NCBI GenBank assembly: GCA_040954595.2
Contig: CM082584.2
Coordinates: 5,088,110 to 5,152,109, forward strand
Length of the DNA stretch: 64,000 nucleotides
Direction: 5' to 3'
Source of the DNA: Balanoglossus misakiensis
Lineage: Eukaryota; Animalia; Hemichordata
A model generated the notes under the pieces. It searched no databases. It saw nothing but the letters and a program-made list of their open reading frames with translations, and was not told the origin of the DNA. Both the position numbers and the translations under genes were made by a program. Shown piece after piece: positions 23,801-46,123 of this stretch (positions are counted from its first letter, which is position 1; every line of letters begins with the position of its first letter).

Positions 23801-26800
23801 TGAAAACAAGATGGTATAGGTTGGCAGTTTGGCCACCACAAAAAGGAAATTATAATGATTGCCGTTTGTGTCATTGCTAGATTGTCCAAGTGGAAAGTAT
23901 GGTTCTGGATGTACACAGACATGTCACTGTACCAATGGGTGTCATATAGCTACAGGTGCATGTTACTCTGGGGGCTGTCAGTCAGGGTGGAGTGGAACAA
24001 ATTGTCAGGGTAAGTAACTTGTCCGTTGAATGGTTGGAGGCACTTTTCCTTGGTATCTTTTATACTAACAGATATTCTATTAAAGACAGTTAATTGTTTT
24101 TAGAAAAATATACATGTACCACGGTTACTAGAGTACACACATTTTATGACAAAGCAGAACAAAACCCATGCCATCACTGGCGAAGATAATTGGATGAACC
24201 ACAGAATACCAATCAGACAGCATGAAGTGGTACGTGAAATTCACATACAAAGAACACCTGAGCCACTTTTATTCATGGCCTCATGTTCTCTTTCGGTGCA
24301 AGAAGACCATCTTTTTATGTGGCAATCTTATACTTTGGTGGGTGCCTTATGTCTTTTTCTGATAGACAATTAATTCTTTTCCGGTGCCTTTTCTGATATC
24401 TTGATTACCATTATGTTCACAAACGGGAAGTCTGAGAGTTAATTCTGTCCTTCTTTTGTCATTATAGTCCCTGATTCATGCCCAACTGGTTTCTATGGTG
24501 ACTTGTGTAATTACAACTGCCATTGCAAAGATGATGCAGCATGCGCCCGGACAACTGGTATGTGTTCAAATGGAGAATGCGCTCCAGGATGGTTGAATCT
24601 GGATATCGGGGATTGTCAACGAGGTAAGAGTGCAAATTAGTATTTGACATTAAAAGTCAATGTATGTACATTTTATTTTTTTCGATTCAATAGATAGTGA
24701 TAGGTCTACTGATCGATGTTTAATTCATAAAAAGTGATATGTAACTTATATCAAGTGTAACATTTTTAATGATATATACTCACTACGAACGTCATACCTA
24801 TTAAACAGGAGATCATTTTAATTTTACAGGCGGGAGTATCAAAGTGCATGCTTTGTACAACATTAAAGTCAACCCTGGTGAACTGAGTTCGATTATCTGT
24901 GGTGTTATTAGTAACCCAGTCATATCATCTTCTGATGTAACACTGACTGACAAGGATGGATCAGCTGTTACACCCACATCACACTGGATCAGTACAACAT
25001 ACGTGTACTACAGTAATTATAGCGGTGTTTCTTTGGACGCTGGCATGTCTTACACTTGTTCTGCTGGTGGTCAGTCTCAGCAATTGAACAGCTTTGAGTT
25101 CTACGGTAAGTACAAATACCAGTGCAAGAGATAGAATTTTCTCACACTCCTGGCCGCTGGGAGTGTGGGATAGAGAGTGTGGGATCAATTTGATCCCACA
25201 CTCTGTGTTAATGCGCACACAGACAACTGTTATCTGACACGAGCTCTGATTGGATAATGATATCCATACCCCTCAGAACAAGCAAATATTATCCAATTGT
25301 GTGATGTGTTGTACACAAACCGGAACTACAATGTGATCAGGTCATGTGCAGACGACAGTGGTGTACATGGTTGGCGACAGACTAAAAAAAACGGTTGTAT
25401 TTTCTAGATATCGCGCGAATTTATGCCACTGGAAACAATCTCCATATTTTATGTGTTGAGCACATTTTTATTGCATGCGTGTACTGTAAACTCGTGATGA
25501 AATGGGGACTATGTTTTGCGGGGCGGATCAATATATGACTGGTCATGCAGTTATCAGCTGGTATTTTATAGATTTAGTTCTTTTATTGTAAATAAACGTT
25601 AATATCGCAAATTTCTGGTCGTGTGAGAAAAAGAATCTCACACACCAAGGACCTGGGATCATATTTCTCACACTCGTCGGAGAAATACGATCCCAGGTCC
25701 TTGGGAGTGTGAGATTCTATTATAGTCAGACCCTGTCTCAACACTCTCAGACCTCAGCACTTTACAGCTATCCTCAAAGCACTGCATGGATATAGACCTG
25801 CATGTAGAAGTTACCACCAGCCCCTGTAACAGTCATGATCGAGTCACCCCTCTGATCGACACAGACCTCAGACCAACAGCATAAATTTCACATATACAAT
25901 GAAATGTGTAAAAGTCTGACAATTCTTTTTTTAAGATTTTTCGTTTGCTTATAAAATGTCAAACTTTCAACAGGTTTATAAATATAAAGTCACAGAATTT
26001 TAAAGAGTATCAGTGATTAAAGAGATAATGTGATTTAATCATGCTAGATATTTACCACTAATATGTTTGACTGTTATTTCCAGTATTACCACGATTTTCA
26101 AATGCTGGCAAGCCAGGAGTTACAGTTCAAGCAACTCAAGCAACTGTTACTTGGCAGAAATGGGATTCAGGAAGTGATCTTGGTAATGGACCAGTAGAAG
26201 CTTACTTAGTTTACTACAAAAAGACATCAGATGATGATTGGACATCTCATGGTACAATTACAGTAACTGATCCTGATCAATCGAGTTACAACACAGACAT
26301 CACTGGTCTAGACTGGTCTACAAGTTATGATTTCACAGTGACTGTCAAGAGACCTGGACCTATGGGAGAAGGGAGCAAGGAAATTGTTACCACAGATACT
26401 ACACTGTGTGATGGTAAGTTATATATGCACCCTCAGAGAATTGGTAATATGTATAACACTTAACAGGAGAATTTGATTTCGATTGGTGTTTTTCTGCAAA
26501 AAAGTTATTGGCGACTTTCATATTTAGGCACATTTACTAATTTTCATGAATTCTGACACTAGCTGTCACATGTCTGTGGCAGGAAATGGTCTCTGTGCTC
26601 TGATGGTTTAGTTATGTACATTTAATATCACACAAACTTCACTCAACATAAAAATGTTTATTTTCTTCAGTGCCCTCAGAAGGACCAGCAATTAAAAATA
26701 CAACTTCCACAGACCCAAATGAGATTGAAATTACAGTGGAGGTAAGGACAATTAATGCTTTGTACACTTTGTACTTCTATATTCTTACATTGAATCATTG

Positions 26801-29800
26801 AACAGTGGGTATATAAATAATTACTATGGTACTGACTGACTGACCGACTTTATGTACATCCTCATAGTGGCATATGTTAAAGGCACATAAGCTGCAACTT
26901 TTGGGATAATTATCATAATTTTTGTTTCAAACTGTACTACCGTTAGTCTATGCAGATGAAGGCAGTGAACTAAACACAAGCATTATAAACCCTAAATATG
27001 AATGCATATGCAAGTTTTAGCCAGATAAATAATAAAGCTTTGCCGCAAGTGAATATGGCCGCCACCGTGGGAAAATGCAAAAAACAACGAAAATGTTGCA
27101 TTTACGGTTATGAAACTTCATAAACAAAACATGATCTCATCCACTTGAGCTAATGGAAGTAAATGTACACTGCTGAGACATCATATTTTCCTTTTTCATT
27201 GCAATATTGCACTTTTTAAAAAATTGCAGGAATTTTCGTTTTTCTTTAATTTTTGGCCATTTTGTCATAAATAAGTGTTGAGCTTGATATATTATCATGA
27301 ACTATTATTTAATAGACATGATTAAAAGCATATATGAGATTATTTAAAACTTTAATTTTTTTATCCAGTTGCAGCTCATGTGCCTTTAAAAACAGTCTTG
27401 TTTTCCCGAGGGATGCCCTAGGGAACAGTTCGAAATGACTAAGGTCATGTGACGGCGTATTGACGAATCACGATCGAGGGTTCGCTGCATGGTGTGTACT
27501 GTTCACATTGCAATGTATGTTGTAAACTTTTGACTTTATGACAGGTACCTGGCACATCAAAGATCAAATGTAATCCTGATGGATACATTGAGAGTTTCAA
27601 TTTGAAGTACAAGAAAACAAACACTCATGATGAATATACAGAGTTAGTGGTGAATGATGGAACTGCACGTACATTTACAATTGATGGATTACTGGCATAC
27701 ACAGAGTATGATGTGATGGTGTCATTTGACAACAGAGATGAACAAAGTCCATGGAGTCCAGTGTCAACTGCAAGAACGGATGAAGATGGTGAGTTAATGA
27801 AACCCAAATTGGTCTAATTTCGAGGGTTAATCAAGTTAAGGGTCATTTTTGATAGGTCAATATAAAGCTAGTGGAATCTGACATGACATATATAATACCA
27901 AAAAATAAAGGAATCAATAATAAACATCTAAGTCTTAAATTAACATGTGTATTATTTTCATGCATTTACCAACAGTGCCATCCGAACCAAGAAATGTGAC
28001 GTTGATTCCTGCAGTGACGACCATTGAAGTGCAGTGGTTAATACCTGATCCAGTAAATGGTATCATCACGAAGTATAAAATTATTTACTGGGAAACAAGC
28101 GACGAAAACATAAAGAAAGAGAAAGAAGTGACAGAAGATCTGGGTGGTGTTAACACATATCTCATAACCAACCTTACAAATGAGGTTTCATATACTGTTC
28201 AGGTAATTGTATTGATATGAGCAAGCGTTTTGTTTTCGTGTATTTCCATCAATATTAAATTCCTTTGAAATTATTATTTCATCAAATATATCCGTAGGTG
28301 GTCATTCCTTTTGTTGACTGCATCTGTGCTAGGTTGTCACAAATCAGCAAGTTAATTAAGGTATGGGGCAATTTGTGTGGTGATGAGTACTCTGAGAAGA
28401 AAGACCCACAATATGATGAGAAGTTTCACTCAGTATAGTTTAAGAGATACAAAATAATGTTGTTGCCTAGGATTTAACAATTATATTATATTTTTAGGTT
28501 GGGGCATACACATCACGAGGAAGGGGACCCTTAAGTGATGCAAAAAGTGCAACAACAACAGTGACAAGTAAGCTCGGCCTTATAAAAAGAGACCAAGTCT
28601 CTCTCTGCCCTTTTTCCATTCATTATGTTTGATACAAGACACTGTTTATGTTATTCTACATGTGGATATATATAGTGAATCAACGTTCAACCAAACACAC
28701 CTTCCATCCCGCTGGTAGACACGAGAGTGAAAAAACTCGCCAAAATGAATAATCGTTCTCTACCATTAATATTCATTTTGGGCGAGTTTTTCTATCCTAC
28801 AAACGGGATGGAAGTTGTATGTGGTCGAACGTTGATTCATTCAATCCATGTTGCAAATTCCCAGTAGGTAAAAAAACTGTAACATTGCTGTTTGTCTGTT
28901 TATTAAAGGAACCACTTTATCAACACCAACATCAGGTTAGTATATACATGTTGTCCATAGTTTTCATTGTGCTATACTTTTGCATTATTCAATATGACAT
29001 AACTCAAAAGTCAACAGAAAAAAATGAAGTATATTGTACAAGTTAATAGGAAGTAATCACATCATTGATACATATATCATGTATCATAATAATAATCACA
29101 TAATGCAGATTATATTTTATTTTAATTAAAAAAATGATTTAATAAAAAAGTACATGGTTCACTAGTATACAAAGTAATCCATGTTGCAAATTCCCAGCAG
29201 GTAAAAAAACTAACATTGTTCTTTGTCTGTTTATTAAAAGGAACCACTTTATCAACACCAACAGGTTAGTATATACATGTTGTCAATAGTTGTCATTTTT
29301 ACATTATTCATTATGACATACCTAACTCAAAGTTGATAGGAATTAATCACCTTAAGTTATTGATACATATATGATGGTATAATAATCACATTATATGCAG
29401 CTAATTTTTATTTTCTTAATGCAGAGTTTTGGAGACATTATCATATTGCAATTGCCATTTAAAATGTATTGCTGGGACATTCATGTCACACATATGAAAT
29501 GCCATTACAATTTTCTTGAATTTCAGTAACACCATTTACAGGGCCAGTATCATTCCGACTGTGCCCGACTGCACCCATACTACTGACAGTATTAAGTGAA
29601 GATAGCGACACAGCTTACCTTGATGTCAGCATTGAGGCTATCGATGCAAGAGGTAATGTCATCACACATGAAGTCATGGGTGCCATCCAAATTCCCGGCA
29701 CCATACAATTTAATGATCAGACAAAGGCTGGTGTTCACATCAACGTACGGGCTGCAGTTGGTCAGGAAGAAGCATGGTGCCTATTTCAAGTGAAAGTGGT

Positions 29801-31075
29801 TGGTAAGTCTTTAGTGTGTGGCTGCTTCCTAGTTTGACTTTGAGATTGAAAATATCCGACCAGTTGCAAATCAAGCAATCCAACAAAATTTGAGGTAAAA
29901 TACCATGTAAATTGACGTGCAAAAAAGTCTGTTAAAGGTATACGGTCACCTATGGAAAATTAGCTACAGTTACCATGGCAAATTGAGATCTAGCCAATCA
30001 CAGGCGAAAAAAACAGCGCCACCATATGTTCTTTAGAACACTCAAATAAGCCATGTTAGCCATATATGGGTGTATGTAAATTGGAGGTGACTGTATACCT
30101 TTCATATGAACAATGAGATAAATTTGATTACTAGTATTTGTCTAATTTTTCATCACATTCAGATCCTTACTCACCGAAGATAACATTCTGTCCGCCTGAC
30201 CAATCACAAAACACGTCAGATGCTGGCGTTGACATTGATTGGCTTCCACCAGTCGCTACGGACAACACCGAATTGGCTTTCGTCACAACAAGCCGGGCAA
30301 GTGGTTCAGAGTTTACTGTCACAGGAAGTCCTCATACCGTAACAGTCACAGCTGTAGACACCTCTGCAAATGTAGCCACGTGTACATTCGATATCACCAT
30401 CATACACAGCCGTGGTAAGTAATGACTGGTTAATGTCTGTTCACATAACCCCACAATATTACCTTTTTGACATCATATATCATTTATGACCTGCTGTTTA
30501 TTTGAATTACTGAAATTCTTGCGGTATGATACATCGAAACCTGTTGATTCACCTATGATTACAATGATATGAGCTGATTTGAAGATTCTAGTAGTCCATA
30601 TACCTCAATAGTTGCATGCTAGTCTAGTATTATTATGTTAAAGATATGTTTCAGATCAGCAAGTTATAAGGTGTAGAACTTCTGAATATTATAGCACAAC
30701 TTTGTGACTGCTTTTCATAATTGAGAATTACGGTGAGCATGTCATCATTGATTACTGTACTGACCAAAATGTTATCTGGGTTTTAGGACACAGTTTGGGT
30801 TTTCTATTTTCACAAATAAGCAATCCATCATTATATATATATATTCTTTTTGTTTGTTTACTTGATGTTGCTGTCCAACATCAGCTGAGTGTCCAGACCT
30901 AGGAGACCCTCAGGATGGGACGTTATCTTGCGGAGATTCACCAGATGGATTTCAATGTATTCTACATTGCCAAGAAGGATACATGCCATTCCGTGACAGA
31001 CACATCTACAACTGCATTGATGAACACTGGCGTCCAGTGCAACTCCCACGTTGCAGCCGTTATATTGACCAATGA
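17869..31075 (+). CDS. Predicted secreted Tie-like-ectodomain protein (copy B): SP-Ig-Ig-EGFx4-Ig-FN3x3-HYR-HYR-Sushi/CCP, ~1039 aa
   Basis: 16 GT-AG exons join in one frame (3120 nt). Paralogous to copy A exons 1-13: 17869-17917, 19589-19900, 20166-20417, 22531-22668, 23068-23214, 23881-24009, 24468-24623, 24830-25105, 26084-26413, 26671-26741, 27545-27788, 27976-28202, 28498-28567. Then 29527-29802 (divergent HYR-like, ..LCPTAP..AWCLFQVKVV), 30163-30414 (HYR, PKITFCPPD..WLPPVATDN..NVATCTFDITI) and 30885-31075 (CCP, ECPDLGDPQDGTLSC..CILHCQEGY..YNCIDEHW..LPRCSRYIDQ*). No hydrophobic TM or GPI tail is visible. Confidence 0.8.
20679..21852 (-). mobile_element. Non-autonomous Helentron/HINE-like rolling-circle element in copy B intron 3
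   Basis: Sub-terminal inverted repeats ggggcacaagc (20700-20710) and gcttgtgcccc (21836-21846). Terminal hairpin gctgc-aa-gcagc (20682-20693). A/T-rich flanks, no TSD. Internal repeats aggtcaaaggtca and aa(t/a)atggc(c/g)gcc. Confidence 0.65.
21870..22360. repeat. Dispersed repeat with an inverted homolog at ~58270-58420 in a TUT intron
   Basis: 22210-22350 (..gtatgataaaggggttattacac..ctcgtaaaaatacggacacatcactcgaata) is the reverse complement of 58275-58410 (tattcaagtgatgtgg..gtgtaataacccctttatcatac). Boundaries are approximate. Confidence 0.6.
25131..25720. mobile_element. Non-autonomous inverted-repeat element in copy B intron 8
   Basis: Ends atagaat(ttt)ctcacactcc and gggagtgtgagattctat. 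Terminal hairpin at 25631-25718. Absent at the corresponding copy A site (~6258-6270). Confidence 0.7.
26877..27389. mobile_element. Kolobok-like non-autonomous DNA transposon (TTAA TSD)
   Basis: ttaa-aggcacataagctgcaact ... agttgcagctcatgtgcct-ttaa. Confidence 0.75.
28585..28840. mobile_element. Truncated copy of the fold-back MITE at 49125-49471
   Basis: Shares aagtctctctct..tttgatacaagacac..ttatgttattctacatgtggatata..cttccatcccgct and gggatggaagttgt..ggtcgaacgttgattca. The right end is missing. Confidence 0.75.
28845..29420 (+). repeat. Local direct duplication (~250-330 bp units) in copy B intron 13
   Basis: aatccatgttgcaaattcccag..ggaaccactttatcaacaccaac..aggttagtatatacatgttgtc occurs at ~28843 and ~29176. 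Confidence 0.8.
29932..30104. mobile_element. Kolobok-like MITE family (~170-190 bp, TTAA TSD); other copies at 49771-49945 and 58855-59047 in the opposite orientation
   Basis: TIR aggtatac(a/g)gtcacct. Shared internal sequence ..gattggctagatctcaatt..catggtaact..agctaattttccat.. Confidence 0.85.
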
Positions 31076-31426
31076 AATATTCAGGCACCATATCAAGCTT
31101 GTTCTGTTCTAGTGATCATATTATCTTATAGATTGTTTTCCTGTATTTACATTTTTGTTGTTGCCTACAATGGCGTTTAATATTTCAATAATTTTTTTAA
31201 AAGTAACTTAATTATCTGTGACAGTTTATTTGATGATGAATTCTACATTGACCAATGAAATATTCAGGCACCATATCAAGCTTGTTCTGTGCTAGTGATC
31301 ATGTTATCTTATAGATTGTTTTCCTGTATTTACATTTTTGTTGTTGCATACAATGGCGTTTAATATTTCAATAAATTTTTTAAAAGTAACTTAATTATGT
31401 GACAGTTTATTTGATGATGAATTCTA
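31064..31426 (+). repeat. ~180-bp tandem duplication beginning at the copy B stop codon (3' UTR)
   Basis: Units 31064-31246 and 31247-31426 both start attgaccaatgaaatattcaggcacc and end tgatgatgaattcta. Confidence 0.9.
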
Positions 31427-34028
31427 ATGTTCAGAGAAAATACTGTCAGATGGCTGTAGACATACCATCAGGCTCAGTGAAGTACATCCATCTAGTACAA
31501 CCACCATAACATGCTTGCTTACAAATGCACCAGCTCCAGATCACTGGTGAAATGGATTACAACAGTACATGGCCTTTTTTCAAATTTTTGCTTATGCTGT
31601 ACATGTGGTGCAAAGACAAACAATTCCTCCCCCCCCCCAACCTCCCTGGTAAAACAGTTTTTCCCCATCCCCTCCCCACCAACCCTGGCCCGGCGACACA
31701 GGCGTAGTAGGGGAAGTATTCTAGATCGACGCCTGTGTCTCCGGGCTACACCAACCCATATGTCTCTGAATGACTGAAAGTGTAAAAGTTATGATGAACA
31801 CCAGGGTTCATCAAACATACGCCGTTCTAGCCGTGGGCTTATCACCCCATGGTAATGGCCACCCCCCCCCCCCCCCCCCACGGTACCTACCACAGCTAAC
31901 TGTCTAACGCTGTTCATTCTCCACGCTTTCGAGTGCCACGTGTGCACAATGCTTTCCAGGGGTGCACGGAGAACTTACCAGCGTAAAAATGCCTTGGTAT
32001 TTTGCCTCAATCTAAGGGAATTTTCAGACTTCAGCGGGGCCGCCAGTACTGATAATCTACTTGACCTGTGTTGACCCAATAAAATGGGTGTGTATAGTTA
32101 CGTCATTAGATCACACATATGACAGACCATGCACTTCAAACAAACGCACTCTTACCACTGGGGGCGCTATTGATCTATACATGAAAAGCACTATCCCTTT
32201 TAATACTCATGTTACTTTTACTTTTTTCACAGCTTTATAGCAATGTCCTTCTTTTACCAAAACAGACTTCGAACCTAGTGGCCAACAGAATGGTAAAATT
32301 ATGCCAATTTTAACAGATTCAATTTTGTTGCAGAAGAAAATGATAAAAGTTAAAAACTTGACCTGTTCTTCATGCTTAAAACTATAAAGAAAGAACTTTT
32401 AGAAACAAGAAAGTCATGAATCACCACAAGGCCCTCAGACTGATAAACAAATAAATAAATAAACAAAGTAATTCTGAATGTAATCCTATGGTGGACGTAA
32501 GATGTTCTTTTGGGGTTGAACTGTGACACACTTGCATACCTTGAAGTTGAAATGAAGAGAAGGAATAACATATGTGCGGAAAACTAAACGTTTATTGTTG
32601 ACAGCAAGGCACCAGATGGAGGCATGTATTACAGCACTAAAATGACCGATGCTCACACGATGAGTAAAGCAAAAAATGTGCAGATTTTCAGTTCAATCTG
32701 ACTGGTAGTTTTGGTGATTTGTCCATATTAATTTTCAGAAATACTGTTAGGAACAAACAGAATATACATCCATCCATACATACATACAGACGCAACTGAT
32801 TCCATGAGGTCCCATGCATGGTATATATACATACACATACATACGCCAAATGGGAGTTAAAAAACGAAGGTATGTAGTTCTTGATCCTTTGAGGGCGTCT
32901 TGTACATATACGTGCTTGGTTTCAAGGACGAGTGTATACCATCCCTGAATATTTTCAACAGGAAAGAGTGAATTCTTGCAGTACAACTGGTAAATTTAGC
33001 TTTGTCATGTACAACTACTTATGTGCACGCCAGCATTGCAGAAAGTGTTATTTCCTTCTTTCAGTGCAGTAATCTTCAGTAACAGCGTGCAATCTGTTGC
33101 CAAGCTGTCTTGCCTCTCAAGTACATGAATAGCCATACTTATTAAATACCAGTGGTACGTTAACTGGTGCACACAAATATTTCCATTTGTGTACAGCTTC
33201 TTAGTCAATGAATGCTCAGTGACTTTCGGCTTCTTTGTCAGTGATATTCATATTTAAACCAAAAGCTGGGAGAAATTAAAATGAACACTGCCCTAATCAC
33301 TTGCTGCTACCAGACAACATATTATGACACACACAAAAAGTATATCTGCAAATGAATACATGGAAACTGTGTTGTAGTTATAGAGCTTTTAATAAATCGT
33401 TTCATTGTACACACAGTAATTATAGAAAAGTACAACATTTAGAATCAATCACAGTGGACAGTGACCAAACTTGTTGACAAACCAGCCATTAAGCTTTTAA
33501 CTTTGAAAATTCAAGAAACTTGAACTTTAAATGCTCATATTTTCTAACATGGGCATTTGTATAGATATAAACAAAATTGAGGATTTTTCGTCTGTGAAAG
33601 GAACTGTTAAACGGTAAACAAAAGATAAACAAAGGGCCACGCCCCCATGAACATCCCTAACTCATCTGTAAAAGTCAAATCCACTATGGAATATTCCAAA
33701 TCCCTAGGGATGACAAAGTTCCACATTTGTGTATATTTTATCTCTTTACAGTAAAATTTGTCAAACTTACATAGAATGTGTACACATCTTTCTAAACTAC
33801 TTTCAGATTTTTTTGGGGTAGGTCAATAATTATTAAAGTAAAACATAAGGACTTTCTTGCTTGGAAAAGTTTTTTCTTTTTTTTTTTTGCTTGAGAATCT
33901 GTTCAACAACTACTCAAAGGAAATGTGTGTTCCTTAAATTTACATTTTCATCAGTATTAAAGAATTTACACACTGATTCAACCCAATCACATTCTTGTAA
34001 CATATTTGTTACACTGATTGCAGTAAAC

Positions 34029-34121
34029 TTAACCCTTCCACCCCCATTCCCTTGTATAAAGGTCCCGCACTGCTATAGAAAACAATAGGGATGGACCAAA
34101 CCATGGTGGTGAAAGGGTTAA
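34029..34121. mobile_element. ~90-bp piggyBac-type MITE family (TTAA TSD, CCC..GGG ends); further copies at 36420-36513, 42281-42374, 60343-60434; degenerate or partial copies at ~14990-15028, 37768-37860, 44512-44570, 49560-49616, 54956-55031, 63087-63160
   Basis: Consensus-like ttaaccctttcaccaccatggttcagtccaaacc..tctatgg..ggaactgggggtgaaagggttaa recurs on both strands. Confidence 0.8.
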
Positions 34122-34439
34122 AAAGTGCCTGGGTCTGGGCCTGACAGCAGATGGAATATATTAGATGTTGTGCAAAATCACGGTCATCTTCCTGCAAAGA
34201 TCATTCAGATGGGTATTTAGAAACTGCTAGAAAAATACTGAGTATACACGATATCTTGTAGACAGGACTAGAAAGAGTTCATTGCTGGTTGTGGGACTCA
34301 CTGATGCTACATGTACTGGTGACCCACAGTGGCCAAAACAACACTTGCTGTCTGTGAAGCGGTCCAAAGGCAGGGGGGATATTATAATAATTTAAACCAA
34401 AATGTCTCTCTGGTGGTCTCTGCTTTGTTTTGTTTTTTT

Positions 34440-45538
<11,099 letters not shown>

Positions 45539-46123
45539 ATTTGTGAATATTTTTTCAGTTTTTCTCAAGATTTCTGTTTCACAACAATCACCCTACTCGA
45601 AGCCGATCGCATACAGAGTTCAAAATGGCTGCCAGTTACACGTGTGATGACGTATATTTAAGAGTCCAATGAACGCAGTTTTTTAAAGAGAGAACGGGAT
45701 TCTTCACAAAGTGATTAAATTGTTTTGAATTAAATAATTATTTTGACAATATATTACAATTTGATTTAAAAAATACTATACAAATAGAATTCTAAGATTA
45801 ATTTCTTAAAATCATAATTTTTTCGCTTATATTTTTTCAAGTATATATTTGAAATATTGGCTAAAAATAAAACAACTTTGATGGAATCACAGTCTATTTT
45901 TAGACCAGGATCATTATCGACGATTCCCGAAATTTCCCGACAAATTTAAATATGCATATTATTGTTATTTTCTCTTCTGTGTCTCCTGTAAATATAAGTT
46001 CGGTGTCTTTTACCATGATTTCTTTGATTAAATTCATCAAGAAATACGTATGTATGGCGAGCTAGATAGGAATAAACTTCCGGGTCATGACGTCATAGTC
46101 CCAGTTTCCGTCAAGATTTCAAG
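45539..46123. promoter_or_regulatory. Bidirectional promoter shared by VCP and the LEPROT-family gene
   Basis: 585 bp between divergent ATGs. YY1-like caaaatggctgcc (45621), E-box cacgtg (45639), CRE/ATF-like tgatgacgta (45645), ETS acttccgg (46076), perfect CRE atgacgtcat (46087-46096), YY1-like caagatggcg over the ATG. Confidence 0.7.

Larger units (their letters stand above)
1..28570 (+). repeat. Direct tandem segmental duplication: ~1-9330 versus ~17325-28570 (offset ~17.3 kb at the 5' end)
   Basis: Position 1 gtgtactttattactttata.. matches 17325 gtgtatactttattactttata... Upstream region, exons 1-13 and several introns align. The ORF track shows near-identical duplicate ORFs (e.g. 751-1041 and 18071-18367). 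Confidence 0.97.

Noticed and set aside
17325-28570. Copy B as an uncollapsed haplotype (assembly artefact) of copy A
   Set aside because: The copies have entirely different C-terminal exons, unalignable introns and distinct TE insertions, and both have intact frames. Spanning reads would still be the final proof.
32150-32625. CTCF-like motifs (ccactgggggcgcta, gcaccagatggaggc) between the receptor array and VCP
   Set aside because: Both deviate from the core consensus and cannot be supported without PWM scoring or ChIP data.
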